Positions 1 to 9,806 are shown, counted from the first letter of the stretch. The stretch is 45,039 nt of DNA from Pseudonocardiaceae bacterium (GCA_036505275.1 DASXTS010000392.1:1-45039); one strand, 5' to 3'. The notes: generated by a model from the letters alone, not told the origin. Program-made: numbers and translations.

Positions 1-2
1 TG

Positions 3-398
3 ATGTCCCGCGCCAAGGCCAAGGAGCTCGGTGCGCCGTTGCTGGCCGAGATCGGCGCACACGGCACGGTGGCCGGGCCCGACCCGTTGCTGCTGTCCCA
101 GCCGTCCAACGCCATCATGAAGGCGCTGCGGCGGGAGAAGATCAGCCCGCAGGACGTCGACCTGTTCGAGATCAACGAGGCGTTCGCGTCGGTGGCCATC
201 CAGTCCATGCGCGACCTCGACATCGGCGTCGACAATGTCAACATCAACAGCAACAGCGGCGCGATCTCGATGGGACACCCGGTGGGTGCCTCCTGCGGCC
301 GCATCGCGCTGCACCTCGTGCTGGAACTGCGCCGCCGGGGCGGCGGGGTCGGCGCCGGCGGTCAGGACGAGGCCCTCGTGCTGAAGGTCGCCAGCTGA
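3..398 (+). CDS. thiolase (acetyl-CoA acetyltransferase family), C-terminal part; the 5' end lies off the left edge
   Basis: The translation carries thiolase C-domain motifs (FEINEAFA, ..[14 protein letters not shown]..) and the typical GGQ..ALVL ending. The Cys-containing C-terminal active-site stretch appears to be missing (see findings). Confidence 0.8.
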   Translation: MSRAKAKELGAPLLAEIGAHGTVAGPDPLLLSQPSNAIMKALRREKISPQDVDLFEINEAFASVAIQSMRDLDIGVDNVNINSNSGAISMGHPVGASCGRIALHLVLELRRRGGGVGAGGQDEALVLKVAS

Positions 399-544
399 GC
401 GGAGCAATGCCGGGCGGTCGCGGACGGGATGAGTTCAAGCGGGCTTGTACGCCGTGGCGGCACGCACATCTCTAGCGTGGGGCGATGGCGTCGTTTCGCG
501 GACGAATTCGTCGCTAGGACAAGAGCAAGCCGGGCGGCCTCGCA

Positions 545-769
545 GTGATCGACATTCCCCGTGAGCTGGTCACCGAGCTGGGTGGGCGCCGCCAGATGCG
601 GATGACCGGCTCGATCAACGGCGCAGCCTTCACGGGCAGCACCATGCTCGTCGCGGGCGGCGGCTTCTGCGTCGGCGTCAGCCGGGCAGCCCTGCGCGCG
701 TGCGGCGTCGCGGTGGGCGACGACGTCGACGTCCAACTCGAACGGGCGGACGCCCCCAGCCGGAAGTAG
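545..769 (+). CDS. DUF1905-like small protein
   Basis: 74-aa ORF with a GTG start. The pattern IPxELVxxLGG...INGxxFxGSxM..GGGxxxxVSxAxLRAxGVxxGDxVDVxLE matches the DUF1905 beta-barrel family. Confidence 0.55.
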   Translation: MIDIPRELVTELGGRRQMRMTGSINGAAFTGSTMLVAGGGFCVGVSRAALRACGVAVGDDVDVQLERADAPSRK

Positions 770-1007
770 CGTCGCTCGCCTTGACCTGCCGGTGAGCCGC
801 CCGGCCAGGTCGGCGCCGGCGCCAGGGACGATCCGCAGCGTGAGCCGGCTGCCATGCTGGGCGACCTGGGACTCGCGCACGTCGCGGTCGGCGGCGAGCG
901 CGGCGAACTGCACCGAATGGACCGTCACACGTCCAGGACCAGCACACGCCAGGTATGTGGCGAGGGGGCCGTGTTGGCCCGACGCACTGGCTAGGGTTCA
1001 GGGCAGG

Positions 1008-1937
1008 ATGATGAGCGAACCACGGTTCGTGCACCCTCAGGTGCGCCGGGCCGACGCCGTGCAGCCGCGCGTGCCGTTGACGCCGTCGACGCCGTCGACC
1101 CTGGAGGCGTCGCGGCAGAGCATGCGTGACGCCACGCTGGCGGAGTGTGGCGCTGGGCTGGCGGTGTTCGACGTCGTGGATCTGGTCTGCGACGGCGTGC
1201 GCTGCCGCCTGTACCGAGCCGACGAGACGGCCGGCGGTACGGTGGTCTTCCTGCATGGCGGCGGCTGGGTTCTAGGCGACCTCGATACGCACGATGCGTT
1301 GTGTCGAGGCCTGTGCCGGCAGGCGGGCCGGCCGGTCCTCGCGGTCGACTACCGGCTGGCCCCTGAACATCCCTACCCGGCGGCGCTGGAGGACACCGAG
1401 CGGGCCCTGGAGTGGCTGCGGCGGGACGGGCGATCGGTGGGATTGTCGGCCGATCCCGTGGTCATCGTCGGCGACTCGGCCGGCGGGCATCTGGCGACCG
1501 TGGTGGCGCGGCGCTGCCGCGACCGCGGCGCTGACCTGGCCGGGCAGATCCTCGTCTACCCGGTCATCGATCCCGCCGCGAACTATCCGGCCGAGGAGGA
1601 CCATGGCCTCGGCGCCGACGAGATGCGATTCTTCTGGCGCGCCTATGCGCCGGCGGATGCCGATCTCACGCATGCCGACCTCGCGCCGCTCAGGGCGGAT
1701 CTCGCCGGCCTGCCGCCGACGCTGATCATCACCGCGGACCTCGACCCGTTGCGGGTGGAAGGTGAGCGCTACGCCGAGGCATTGGCCAATTCGGGCTTGC
1801 CGGTGACCGCGGTTCGTTACCTCGGACTCAATCACGGCTTCGCCAGAAAGCTGGCGATTTTCGACGGCGCCGGCATGGCCGTGTCACAGATCGGAGCGGC
1901 CATCCGGCACCTGCTGCAACCGATGCGGAGAGAGTAA
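1008..1937 (+). CDS. alpha/beta hydrolase, hormone-sensitive-lipase-type esterase
   Basis: HGGGW oxyanion motif and GDSAGG nucleophile elbow. I moved the start to ATG 1008 because the 72 upstream codons of the track ORF (792) are low-complexity Arg/Ser/Ala. Confidence 0.85.
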   Translation: MMSEPRFVHPQVRRADAVQPRVPLTPSTPSTLEASRQSMRDATLAECGAGLAVFDVVDLVCDGVRCRLYRADETAGGTVVFLHGGGWVLGDLDTHDALCRGLCRQAGRPVLAVDYRLAPEHPYPAALEDTERALEWLRRDGRSVGLSADPVVIVGDSAGGHLATVVARRCRDRGADLAGQILVYPVIDPAANYPAEEDHGLGADEMRFFWRAYAPADADLTHADLAPLRADLAGLPPTLIITADLDPLRVEGERYAEALANSGLPVTAVRYLGLNHGFARKLAIFDGAGMAVSQIGAAIRHLLQPMRRE

Positions 1938-2669
1938 ATGACGGACAAATTGCAGCCCATTGACGAGAGCTGGTCGACCGCGCTCGCCGTCGTCGCGCAT
2001 CCGGACGACCTTGAGTACGGCGCGGCGGCGGCGGTCACCAAATGGAGAGCGCAGGGCAAGCGGGTGGTGTACTGCATGGTTACCAGCGGCGAGGCCGGTA
2101 TCGACTCGATGCCGCCGGAGCAGGCCGGGCCGCTGCGGGAGCAGGAGGAACGGTCCGCTGCGGCCGTCGTCGGGGTCGAGACGGTGGAGTTCCTCGGATA
2201 TCCCGACGGCACGCTGGAATACGGGTTGCCGCTGCGCCGGGATATTGCCCGCCTGATCCGGCGGCACCGTCCGGAGGTACTGATCACAGCCAACTATGAC
2301 CAGGCCTGGGAAGGCGGCTGGTTGAACCAGGCCGACCATGTCGCGGCCGGCCGGGCAGCTGTGGACGCGGTGCGCGACGCCGGCAACAGGTGGGTCTTCC
2401 GTGAGCTGCTCAGCGAGAACCTCGAGCCATGGCAGGGCGTCCGGATGGTCCTTGTCGCGGCCTCCCCGAGGGCCGCGCACGGCGTGGACATCAGCGACCA
2501 CTTCGAAACCGGAATCAAATCATTGCAGGCGCACGCCGCCTACCTGGCCGGGCTCGGAAATGGGCCGGTGAACGAACACATGGTGTTTCTGGAGCAGTGG
2601 GCGCGAACCACCGGCGAACGCCTCGGCTGCCGCTATGCGTTGTCGTTTGAACAGCTGAACCTCGGCTGA
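1938..2669 (+). CDS. PIG-L/LmbE family deacetylase
   Basis: N-terminal VVAHPDDLEYG metal-binding motif. The ATG directly abuts the upstream stop codon (TAAATG). Confidence 0.8.
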   Translation: MTDKLQPIDESWSTALAVVAHPDDLEYGAAAAVTKWRAQGKRVVYCMVTSGEAGIDSMPPEQAGPLREQEERSAAAVVGVETVEFLGYPDGTLEYGLPLRRDIARLIRRHRPEVLITANYDQAWEGGWLNQADHVAAGRAAVDAVRDAGNRWVFRELLSENLEPWQGVRMVLVAASPRAAHGVDISDHFETGIKSLQAHAAYLAGLGNGPVNEHMVFLEQWARTTGERLGCRYALSFEQLNLG

Positions 2670-2672
2670 CGG

Positions 2673-3000
2673 GTGTCGGCCGCCCCAGGAACGATCGTGC
2701 CGCTACTGCCCGGGGTCCGCGCCAGGACTGTCTACACCGATCGCCTGCGGGTGCATGTGTGCGAGGCGGGCCCGGAGGGCGGCGTGCCGGTCGTGCTGCT
2801 GCACGGCAAGCTGTCGACCGGCCGGTTCTTCGAGCACGTCATGGCCGGCGCGCCGCAGCGGTACCGGCTGCTCGCCCCGGACATGCGCGGCTTCAGGCGG
2901 ACGCAGCCGGTGCCGATCGACGCGACCCGCGGGCTTCGGGACTGGGCGGACGACACCCACGCGCTGGTGCGGGCGCTCGGCATCAAGCGGCCGGTGAGTG
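2673..3000 (+). pseudogene. N-terminal fragment of an alpha/beta hydrolase; the fold breaks off before the nucleophile elbow
   Basis: VVLLHGKLSTGRFFEHV...LLAPDMRGF...DWADDTHALVRALGIKRPV is a typical alpha/beta-fold N-terminus. No GxSxG follows; the reading frame continues as non-homologous Arg/Gly/Ser-rich sequence. Confidence 0.55.
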
Positions 3001-3002
3001 CC

Positions 3003-3095
3003 AAAACGGGCGGTGGTTTCCTGCATAGCCTCGGACACCGCTTCGGCGTCAGCGACGTCGGCCACGATCGGCTCGATCGAGCCGCCGTATTCACC
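3003..3095 (-). pseudogene. short fragment resembling the middle of a short-chain dehydrogenase (SDR)
   Basis: The minus-strand translation GEYGGSIEPIVADVADAEAVSEAMQETTARFG resembles the SDR '..ADVTDxxxVxxxVxxxxxxFG' segment. There is no Rossmann N-terminus and no catalytic YxxxK. Confidence 0.3.
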
Positions 3096-3115
3096 GGCTC
3101 AATGACTGGAACGCG

Positions 3116-3716
3116 ATGTCGCTGGCGGACCGTCGCCGGTTCCGGGCCAGGTTCCTCGCCGTCCGGCGCAAGGTCCTGCAACGCATCGACGCCGGCACGC
3201 CAGCGCAGCGGGCCGCGAACGCCGGGCCGTGGGCCGACTACGTCGCCGTGGTGATGCCGCGACCGCGCGGGCGCCCGACCAGGCATCGCTGGCTGTCGAG
3301 CTCGGAATCGACGTCACCGAGGACGGCGCCGCGACCACCGACCTCGTCCGGGTCGCGCTGGTGAACACGGGGCGCTCGCCGATCGTCGTGGCCGGCCGGC
3401 TGGCCGTCGGCTACGAAGACAGCACCGACCGCGAGATCTATGCCGTGCTGCGCGCCCACAGACGGGTGAGGAGGTCGGGCGACCGGCCCAGCTCTACCAC
3501 CGCGCACCGCACTCTGCGGACGACATCCAGACGCTCGATGCGGGCGACCGGATCGGCACCACATTCAACCTGGACGACTGGTACGCCCACCCGCCAGGCG
3601 ACCTGGAACTGCGAGTGGTCTACGACCCGAGTGCCGTGGCGGAGAGGTTCCTGGAAGTCGATAACGTCCGGGTCGTCTCCGATCCGATCCGCGTCGTCTT
3701 CACCCGAGGCAGTTAG
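3116..3716 (+). pseudogene. frameshifted hypothetical gene with at least one, probably two, frame changes
   Basis: Protein-like sequence LAVELGIDVTEDGAATTDLVRVALVNTGRSPIVVAGRLAVGYEDSTDREIYAVL stops being protein-like near 3465. It resumes one base out of frame as ...AQLYHRAPHSADDIQTLDAGDRIGTTFNLDDWYAHPPGDLELRVVYDP...VVFTRGS*, with the stop at 3714-3716. Confidence 0.45.
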
Positions 3717-3961
3717 CGTCCGAGACGTGATTCCGGTGTACTGCGGTCGGCCGCACACGCATCGCCCGCTCCGACGGCATGGGCTTGTGCGCCCACGGCG
3801 AGCTGTCGGTGCTCAGCCGCTATCCGCCCGCACTTGTCGCTAAGCGCATCGAGAGTTCCGTGTTCAAGCAGTGCATTGGGGGCGGCGTGCCCTCTACGTC
3901 GCCGACCTGCTGTTTGCCAGCGGTCAGACGCAAAAACCGCAGGTTAAGCCTTGATCAACAG

Positions 3962-4045
3962 TGTCCGAGGGGGGACTTGAACCCCCACGCCCTTGTCGGG
4001 CACTAGCACCTCAAGCTAGCGCGTCTGCCATTCCGCCACTCGGAC
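3962..4045 (-). tRNA. tRNA-Leu (anticodon GAG)
   Basis: The reverse complement folds by hand into an 84-nt cloverleaf. It has a GTCCGAG/CTCGGAC acceptor stem, a GCGGAATGGCAGACGC D-arm and a CTAGC-TTGAGGT-GCTAG anticodon arm. It also has a long variable arm and a GGGGG-TTCAAGT-CCCCC T-arm. CCA is not encoded. Confidence 0.9.
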
Positions 4046-4198
4046 ATAAGCTGGGACGCGGCCGGCCGTCGGCCGCGGTGGTCAAAGGCTAGCCGATGGC
4101 CGCGGCAGCACCAACCTGCGGCACCGGCTGCGGGCGGGGCGCTGCGCTGAGGGCGAACTCGCAGCGGAATTGTCAGGGGTGCGCGACATGCTGGCCGC

Positions 4199-5212
4199 GT
4201 GAACGCAATCGTTGTAGAAGAGCTGGTTAAGAGATACGGCCAGGTGGTGGCCCTGAACGGGCTGGACCTGACCGTGCCGCAGGGCTCGGTGCTGAGCCTG
4301 CTGGGCCCGAACGGCGCGGGCAAGACCACCGCTGTCCGCATCCTCACGACGCTGCTGCTGCCCGACGCCGGGCGGGCGACCGTCGCAGGCCTGGACGTCG
4401 TCGCGGACGCGAAGCAGCTGCGCCGCGCGATCGGGCTGTCCGGGCAGTACGCGGCGGTCGACGAGCACCTGACCGGCTTCGAGAACCTGGACATGGTCGG
4501 CAGGTTGTACCACCTCGGCCGGCGGCCCAGCCGCGAGCGGGCCCGCGAGCTGCTCGAGCGCTTCGACCTCGCGGAGGCCGGCGACCGGGTAGTTAAGACC
4601 TACTCCGGCGGTATGCGGCGACGGTTGGACCTGGCCGGCGCGCTGGTGTCCGAGCCAAGCGTGCTGTTCCTCGACGAGCCGACCACCGGGCTCGACCCGC
4701 GCAGCCGGCTCGCGCTGTGGGAGGTGATCGAGGAGCTGGTCGCCGGGGGGAGCACGCTGCTGCTCACCACGCAGTACCTGGAGGAGGCCGACAGGCTCTC
4801 CGACGAGATCGCAGTGATCGACCACGGCCGCGTGATCGCGCTCGGCACGTCGGACCAGCTCAAGGCGCAGGTTGGCGGCGAACGGTTGGAGCTGGTGTTG
4901 GAGCGCGGCTCGGAGGTGGCCGTCGCCCGTTCCGCTCTGACCCCGCTGGCCGGTGGCGACGTCAGAGTCGACCGGCACGCCCGCAAGGTCACCGTGCCGG
5001 TCAGCGGCGGATCCAAGGTACTGATCGAGGCCCTGCGGACGCTGGACGCCGAGTCGGTGCACGTACTCGACGTCGGGCTGCGCCGCCCGACGCTCGACGA
5101 CGTGTTCCTCACCCTCACCGGGCACGCCGCCGAGGAGGAGGCCAACGGCAGGCAGAACGGTGCCGTCGACCGGAACGGCTTCGACCGGACCGACGAGGAG
5201 AAGGCGGCATGA
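4199..5212 (+). CDS. ABC transporter ATP-binding protein (DrrA/daunorubicin-resistance type)
   Basis: Walker A GPNGAGKT, signature YSGGMRRR and Walker B VLFLDEPT, with a GTG start. Confidence 0.9.
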   Translation: MNAIVVEELVKRYGQVVALNGLDLTVPQGSVLSLLGPNGAGKTTAVRILTTLLLPDAGRATVAGLDVVADAKQLRRAIGLSGQYAAVDEHLTGFENLDMVGRLYHLGRRPSRERARELLERFDLAEAGDRVVKTYSGGMRRRLDLAGALVSEPSVLFLDEPTTGLDPRSRLALWEVIEELVAGGSTLLLTTQYLEEADRLSDEIAVIDHGRVIALGTSDQLKAQVGGERLELVLERGSEVAVARSALTPLAGGDVRVDRHARKVTVPVSGGSKVLIEALRTLDAESVHVLDVGLRRPTLDDVFLTLTGHAAEEEANGRQNGAVDRNGFDRTDEEKAA

Positions 5213-6012
5213 CTGCGGTGCTCGAGGCGCTCGGCGACGGAGCGGTGGTCGCCAAGCGGAACCTCATCAAGATCAAGCGGGTGCCCGACCTGCTGGTGTT
5301 CTCGACCATCTCGCCGATCATGTTCGTGCTGCTGTTCGCGTACGTGTTCGGCAGCGGGATCTCCGTTCCAGGTGTCTCCTACGACGAGTTCCTGATGGCC
5401 GGGATCTTCGCTCAGACCGTGATCTTCGGCGCGACGATCACCGGCTACGGGCTGGCCGATGACATTCAGAAGGGCATCATCGACCGGTTCCGCTCACTGC
5501 CGATGTCCCGGTCGGCGGTGCTGGTCGGCCGTACCACCAGCGACCTGGTAAACAACGTGATCGTGCTGGTGGTCATGTCGCTGACGGGGCTGCTGGTCGG
5601 CTGGCGGATCCACACGACGTTCTGGGAAGCCGCGGCCGGGTTCGGGCTGCTGCTGCTGTTCGCCTACGCGATGTCCTGGGGTATGGCCATCGTCGGCCTG
5701 GCCATCCGCAGCCCCGACGTGTTCAACCAGGCCAGCTTCATGGTGATCTTCCCGCTGACGTTTGTCGCGAACACCTTCGTGCCGACCAACAACATGCCGG
5801 GCGCGCTCAAGGCCGTCGCGGAGTGGAACCCGGTGTCCGCGCTGACGCAGGCGGTCCGCGAGCTGTTCGGCAACACGTCGTCGGCGATCGCCTCGCCGGA
5901 GGCCTGGCCGCTGCGGCATTCGATGGTCGTGTCGTTCGGCTGGATCGTGCTGATGGTGGCGATCTTCGTGCCGCTGGCCGTCAACCGTTACAAGAGGGCC
6001 GTCGGCCGGTGA
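5209..6012 (+). CDS. ABC-2 type transporter permease (DrrB-like)
   Basis: The start overlaps the upstream stop as ATGA, and the product is multi-pass and hydrophobic. The track ORF (4717) starts too early, inside drrA in another frame. Confidence 0.85.
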   Translation: MTAVLEALGDGAVVAKRNLIKIKRVPDLLVFSTISPIMFVLLFAYVFGSGISVPGVSYDEFLMAGIFAQTVIFGATITGYGLADDIQKGIIDRFRSLPMSRSAVLVGRTTSDLVNNVIVLVVMSLTGLLVGWRIHTTFWEAAAGFGLLLLFAYAMSWGMAIVGLAIRSPDVFNQASFMVIFPLTFVANTFVPTNNMPGALKAVAEWNPVSALTQAVRELFGNTSSAIASPEAWPLRHSMVVSFGWIVLMVAIFVPLAVNRYKRAVGR

Positions 6013-6045
6013 CCGGCGCCCTGCCGGCGATGGTAGGAAAGCCGA

Positions 6046-7353
6046 GTGAACAGCGCCGAGCAGGAAGTCGTCGGTCTGGCCAGCGACCTGATCAGGATCG
6101 ACAGCACCAACACCGGCGACCCGCGCACCTTGGTGGGGGAGCGGGCCGCGGCCGAGTTCGTGGCGGCCAAGCTGGCCGAGGTCGGCTACGAGACCACCTA
6201 TGTCGAGTCGGGCGGCCCCGGTCGAGGCAACGTGGTGGCGCGGCTGGAGGGCGCCGACCCGAGCCGGGGGGCGCTGCTGGTGCACGGTCATCTCGACGTG
6301 GTGCCCGCGGACGCCAGCGAGTGGTCGGTGCACCCGTTCTCCGGCGCGGTGCAGGACGGCTACCTGTGGGGACGCGGCGCGGTCGACATGAAGGACATGG
6401 TGGCCATGACGGTCGCCGTGGCGCGCCAGTTCAAGCGCGACGGTGTCGTGCCACCCCGGGACCTGGTGTTCGCGTTCCTGGCCGACGAGGAGGCCGGCGG
6501 CCTGCTCGGCTCCCAGTGGCTGGTGGACAACCGGCCCGAGATGTTCGACGGCTGCACCGAGGCGATCAGCGAGGTCGGCGGCTTCTCGATCACGATCGGC
6601 AACGCGGGGCGCGCGTACTTGATCGAGACCGCGGAGAAGGGCATCGCGTGGCTGCGGCTACGGGTGCGCGGCCGCGCCGGGCACGGCTCGATGCTGCACG
6701 AGGACAACGCGGTGACCATGCTGGCGGATGCGGTGGCGCGGCTCGGCCGGCACCGCTTCCCGCTGGTGCTCACCGAGTCGGTGCGCGAGTTCCTGGCCGG
6801 GATCAGCGAGCTGACCGGTCTGAAGTTCCCCGAGGACGACCTGGACGGCGCGGTTGCCAAGCTTGGCGGCATCGCCAGGGCGGTCGGCGCCACGCTGCGC
6901 GACACCGCCAACCCCACCATGCTCGACGCCGGCTACAAGGCCAACGTGATCCCCTCGGTGGCCGAGGCCGTGGTGGACTGCCGGGTGCTGCCAGGTCGGC
7001 AGGCCGCGTTCGAGCGGGAGCTGGACGACATCCTCGGACCGGACGTGGAGCGGGAGTGGATCGTCAATCTGCCGCCGGTCGAGACCACCTTCGACGGCGA
7101 CCTGGTGGCCGCCATGTGCGCGGCGATCCTGGCCGAGGACCCGGACGCCACCATGATTCCGTACATGCTCTCCGGCGGCACCGATGCCAAGGCGTTCGCC
7201 AGGCTGGGCATCCGCTGCTTCGGCTTCTCACCGCTCAAGCTGCCGCCTGACCTCGATTTCGCGGCGATGTTCCATGGCGTCGACGAACGGGTGCCGGTCG
7301 ACGCTCTGACCTTCGGTACCCGGGTGCTCGATCGCTTCCTCAGGAGCTGTTGA
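6046..7353 (+). CDS. M20 family metallopeptidase (ArgE/DapE/ACY1/CPG2-like dipeptidase)
   Basis: HGHLDVVP metal-binding motif plus ...GRGAVDMKD and a later FLADEEAGG stretch, which together are typical of M20. GTG start with AGGAAAG 5 nt upstream. Confidence 0.85.
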   Translation: MNSAEQEVVGLASDLIRIDSTNTGDPRTLVGERAAAEFVAAKLAEVGYETTYVESGGPGRGNVVARLEGADPSRGALLVHGHLDVVPADASEWSVHPFSGAVQDGYLWGRGAVDMKDMVAMTVAVARQFKRDGVVPPRDLVFAFLADEEAGGLLGSQWLVDNRPEMFDGCTEAISEVGGFSITIGNAGRAYLIETAEKGIAWLRLRVRGRAGHGSMLHEDNAVTMLADAVARLGRHRFPLVLTESVREFLAGISELTGLKFPEDDLDGAVAKLGGIARAVGATLRDTANPTMLDAGYKANVIPSVAEAVVDCRVLPGRQAAFERELDDILGPDVEREWIVNLPPVETTFDGDLVAAMCAAILAEDPDATMIPYMLSGGTDAKAFARLGIRCFGFSPLKLPPDLDFAAMFHGVDERVPVDALTFGTRVLDRFLRSC

Positions 7354-9417
7354 ATGGCCGACAGCGATGGGTTCGACCTGGACCACTACCTGTCCATCCC
7401 GCGGGTTGGCGGGCTGGCGCTGTCGCCGGACGGCGGTCGGCTGGTGGCGGCGGTGGCCGAGGTCGGACCGGACGGCAAGAAGTTCGTGACCGCGCTGTGG
7501 GAGATCGATCCGAGCGGCGAGCGGCCCGCGCGGCGGCTGACCAGGTCGGCGCCGGGGGAGAGCCATGGCGACTTCCTGCCGGACGGATCGCTGCTGTTCA
7601 CCTCCAAGCGGCCGGATCCGGACCTCGCGCCGCCCAAGGACGGCACGACGGAGAAGGACCGGGAGGCGGCGCTCTGGCTGCTGCCGGCCGGCGGCGAGGC
7701 GCGGGTGGTGGCCGACCCGCCGGGCGGCGTCGGCGTGGTCGCCGTCGCGCGGAACAGCGGCACGGTGGTGTACGGGGTGAACATGCTGCCGGGGGTGGCT
7801 GACCTGGCCGCGGACAAGGCCAAGGCCAAGGAGCGCCGGGACAAGGACGTCAAGGCGCAGCTGTTCGAGCAGTACCCGATCCGCAACTGGGACCACTATG
7901 TCGGCCCGCGGCAGATCCACCTGTGGGCGGCGGCGCCGCCGACGAGTGACGACGAGCGGCTCACCGACCAGCGCGATCTGACACCGGCGCCGGGCTGGGC
8001 GCTGGAGGACGCCGCCGTCGCGGTCACCCCCGACGGCGGCACCGCGGTGATGACCTCGCGGGCCGACGTGGCGGACCTGCTCGACCTGCGCGTCTCGCTG
8101 GTGGCAATAGAGACGGCGAGCGGCGCCCGGAGGGTGCTGGCCGACGACCCGGAGCACGAGTACGTACAGCCGGCGTGCTCGCCGGACGGGCGCTGGGTGG
8201 CGTGCGTGCGCGGCTACCGCGGCGGCTACCACGAGCCGAACGACCAGACGCTGTGGCTGATCGACCTGACCACCGGCGAGGGCCATGACCTGACACCTGA
8301 TTTGGACCTGTGGCCGCACTCGCCGGTGTGGTCGCAGGCCGGCGACGCGGTCTTCTTCTGTGCAGACATGGCCGGGCACGCCCCGGTGTTCCGGGTGGAC
8401 GTCGAGCCGGACGGCGGCGCCGGCAAGGTGACCAGGCTGACCGCCGCCGGGTCGTGGTCCTACGCGTGCCCCTCCTCGGACGGCACGGTGCTCTTCGCGC
8501 TGCGCGACGACTTCCTCAGCCCACCGCGGCCGTACCGGCTGGACGGACGGGCCGCCGACCAGGACGGCACCCCGTTGCCAGGCCCTGGCCTGCCGCTACG
8601 GGTGGCGCCGCCCGGCCGGGTCGAGTCGATCATCGCTACCGCCCGGGACGGCACCCAGATCCAATCCTGGCTGATGCTGCCGCCAGGAGCGTCCGCGGAC
8701 AACCCGACGCCGCTCGTCGTGTTCATCCACGGTGGCCCGTTGGCGTCCTGGCACGGCTGGCAGTGGCGCTGGAACCCGCAGTTGCTGGCCGCCAGAGGCT
8801 ATGCCGTGCTGATGCCCAACCCGGCGCTGTCCACCGGGTTCGGGCGGGACTTCGTCCGCCGTGGGCGCGGCCGGTGGGGATTCGAGCCGTACGCCGAGCT
8901 GATGGCCGCGGTCGACGCCGCGGTGGCCCGGCCGGACATCGACGCCGAGCGCACGGCGGCCATGGGCGGTTCGTTCGGCGGCTATATGGCCAACTGGGTC
9001 GCCGGGCACACCGACCGGTTCAAGTGCATCATCACGCACGCCGGCCTGTGGTCGCTGGACCAGTTCCACGGCAGCACCGACGTCGGGGTGTGGTGGGAGC
9101 GTGAGTTCGGCGACTTCTACGACGAGGACCGGCGCGAGCGGTACGTGGAGAACTCGCCGAACCGGCACATCGGCAAGATCACTACGCCGATGCTGGTGAT
9201 CCACGGCGAGCTGGACCACCGGGTGCCGATCAGCGAGGGCCTGCGGCTGTGGACCGATCTGCGCCGGCACGGCGTCGAGTCGAAGTTCCTCTACTTCCCC
9301 GACGAGAACCACTGGATCCTCAAGCCGAACAACATCGTGCTGTGGTACGGCACGGTGTTCGCCTGGCTGGACCACCACCTGCTCGGTGAGCCGTGGCACC
9401 GGCCGGAACTGGTGTGA
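7354..9417 (+). CDS. S9 family serine peptidase (prolyl oligopeptidase/acylaminoacyl-peptidase type)
   Basis: An N-terminal beta-propeller-like region is followed by a C-terminal hydrolase domain with GGSFGGYM and HGELDHRVP. The ATG directly follows the M20 stop codon. Confidence 0.85.
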   Translation: MADSDGFDLDHYLSIPRVGGLALSPDGGRLVAAVAEVGPDGKKFVTALWEIDPSGERPARRLTRSAPGESHGDFLPDGSLLFTSKRPDPDLAPPKDGTTEKDREAALWLLPAGGEARVVADPPGGVGVVAVARNSGTVVYGVNMLPGVADLAADKAKAKERRDKDVKAQLFEQYPIRNWDHYVGPRQIHLWAAAPPTSDDERLTDQRDLTPAPGWALEDAAVAVTPDGGTAVMTSRADVADLLDLRVSLVAIETASGARRVLADDPEHEYVQPACSPDGRWVACVRGYRGGYHEPNDQTLWLIDLTTGEGHDLTPDLDLWPHSPVWSQAGDAVFFCADMAGHAPVFRVDVEPDGGAGKVTRLTAAGSWSYACPSSDGTVLFALRDDFLSPPRPYRLDGRAADQDGTPLPGPGLPLRVAPPGRVESIIATARDGTQIQSWLMLPPGASADNPTPLVVFIHGGPLASWHGWQWRWNPQLLAARGYAVLMPNPALSTGFGRDFVRRGRGRWGFEPYAELMAAVDAAVARPDIDAERTAAMGGSFGGYMANWVAGHTDRFKCIITHAGLWSLDQFHGSTDVGVWWEREFGDFYDEDRRERYVENSPNRHIGKITTPMLVIHGELDHRVPISEGLRLWTDLRRHGVESKFLYFPDENHWILKPNNIVLWYGTVFAWLDHHLLGEPWHRPELV

Positions 9418-9593
9418 CCGGTCGCTGACGGGCGCCGACCTCGACGGGACCGTGGCCGCCCTGGTGACCGGCGCGGCGTCCGCCACTGCCCTACCGGCGC
9501 CGCGGCGCGACCAGCCCGGCGGCTGGCGCGATGCGGCCGCCGGACATCTCCGCCACGCCACGTGACGGACGGCCCGGCCGGCGCGGGCTTGGC

Positions 9594-9806
9594 CTAGATG
9601 GACAGGCCCGGGAGTTGGCCGGAGCCGCGCCGGCGGCGCAGCATCACCTTCCTGGTGCCGTCGGAGTACAGCCGTACCCCGGACAGCTCCCAGCCGGCGA
9701 ACTCGGCCTGGAGAGCGAGCACCGTGGCGGCGTTGCGGCGCGACACTGCCCCGGGCAGGCGCAGCCGCTGGTACTCCCAGTCCTCGACCACCGACCCATC
9801 ACTCAT
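9594..9806 (-). CDS. DUF5703-like small actinobacterial protein
   Basis: 70-aa ORF (EYQRLRLPxxxSRxxAxxxLxxxAExxGWELxxxRLYxDGxRKVxLRRR). Its start overlaps the upstream gene's stop as ATGA. Confidence 0.6.
   Translation of the reverse strand: MSDGSVVEDWEYQRLRLPGAVSRRNAATVLALQAEFAGWELSGVRLYSDGTRKVMLRRRRGSGQLPGLSI

Noticed and set aside
792-1007. The N-terminal 72-codon extension of the esterase ORF, and the overlapping minus-strand ORFs 362..928 and 678..1256.
   Set aside because: The extension is low-complexity, is not part of the alpha/beta fold, and overlaps shadow frames. The minus-strand ORFs overlap the DUF1905 gene and lack motifs.
3717-3961. A possible integrated-element boundary (attL/attR) beside tRNA-Leu.
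   Set aside because: I found no integrase gene and no direct repeat of the tRNA 3' end anywhere in the window. Only gene decay is visible, and that is reported separately.
5823-7250. A 475-aa plus-strand ORF overlapping the permease end and the M20 peptidase.
   Set aside because: It is an alternative frame of the M20 gene. The composition is extremely rich in Arg, Gly and Ala, and it has no motifs. The M20 frame carries the family motifs.
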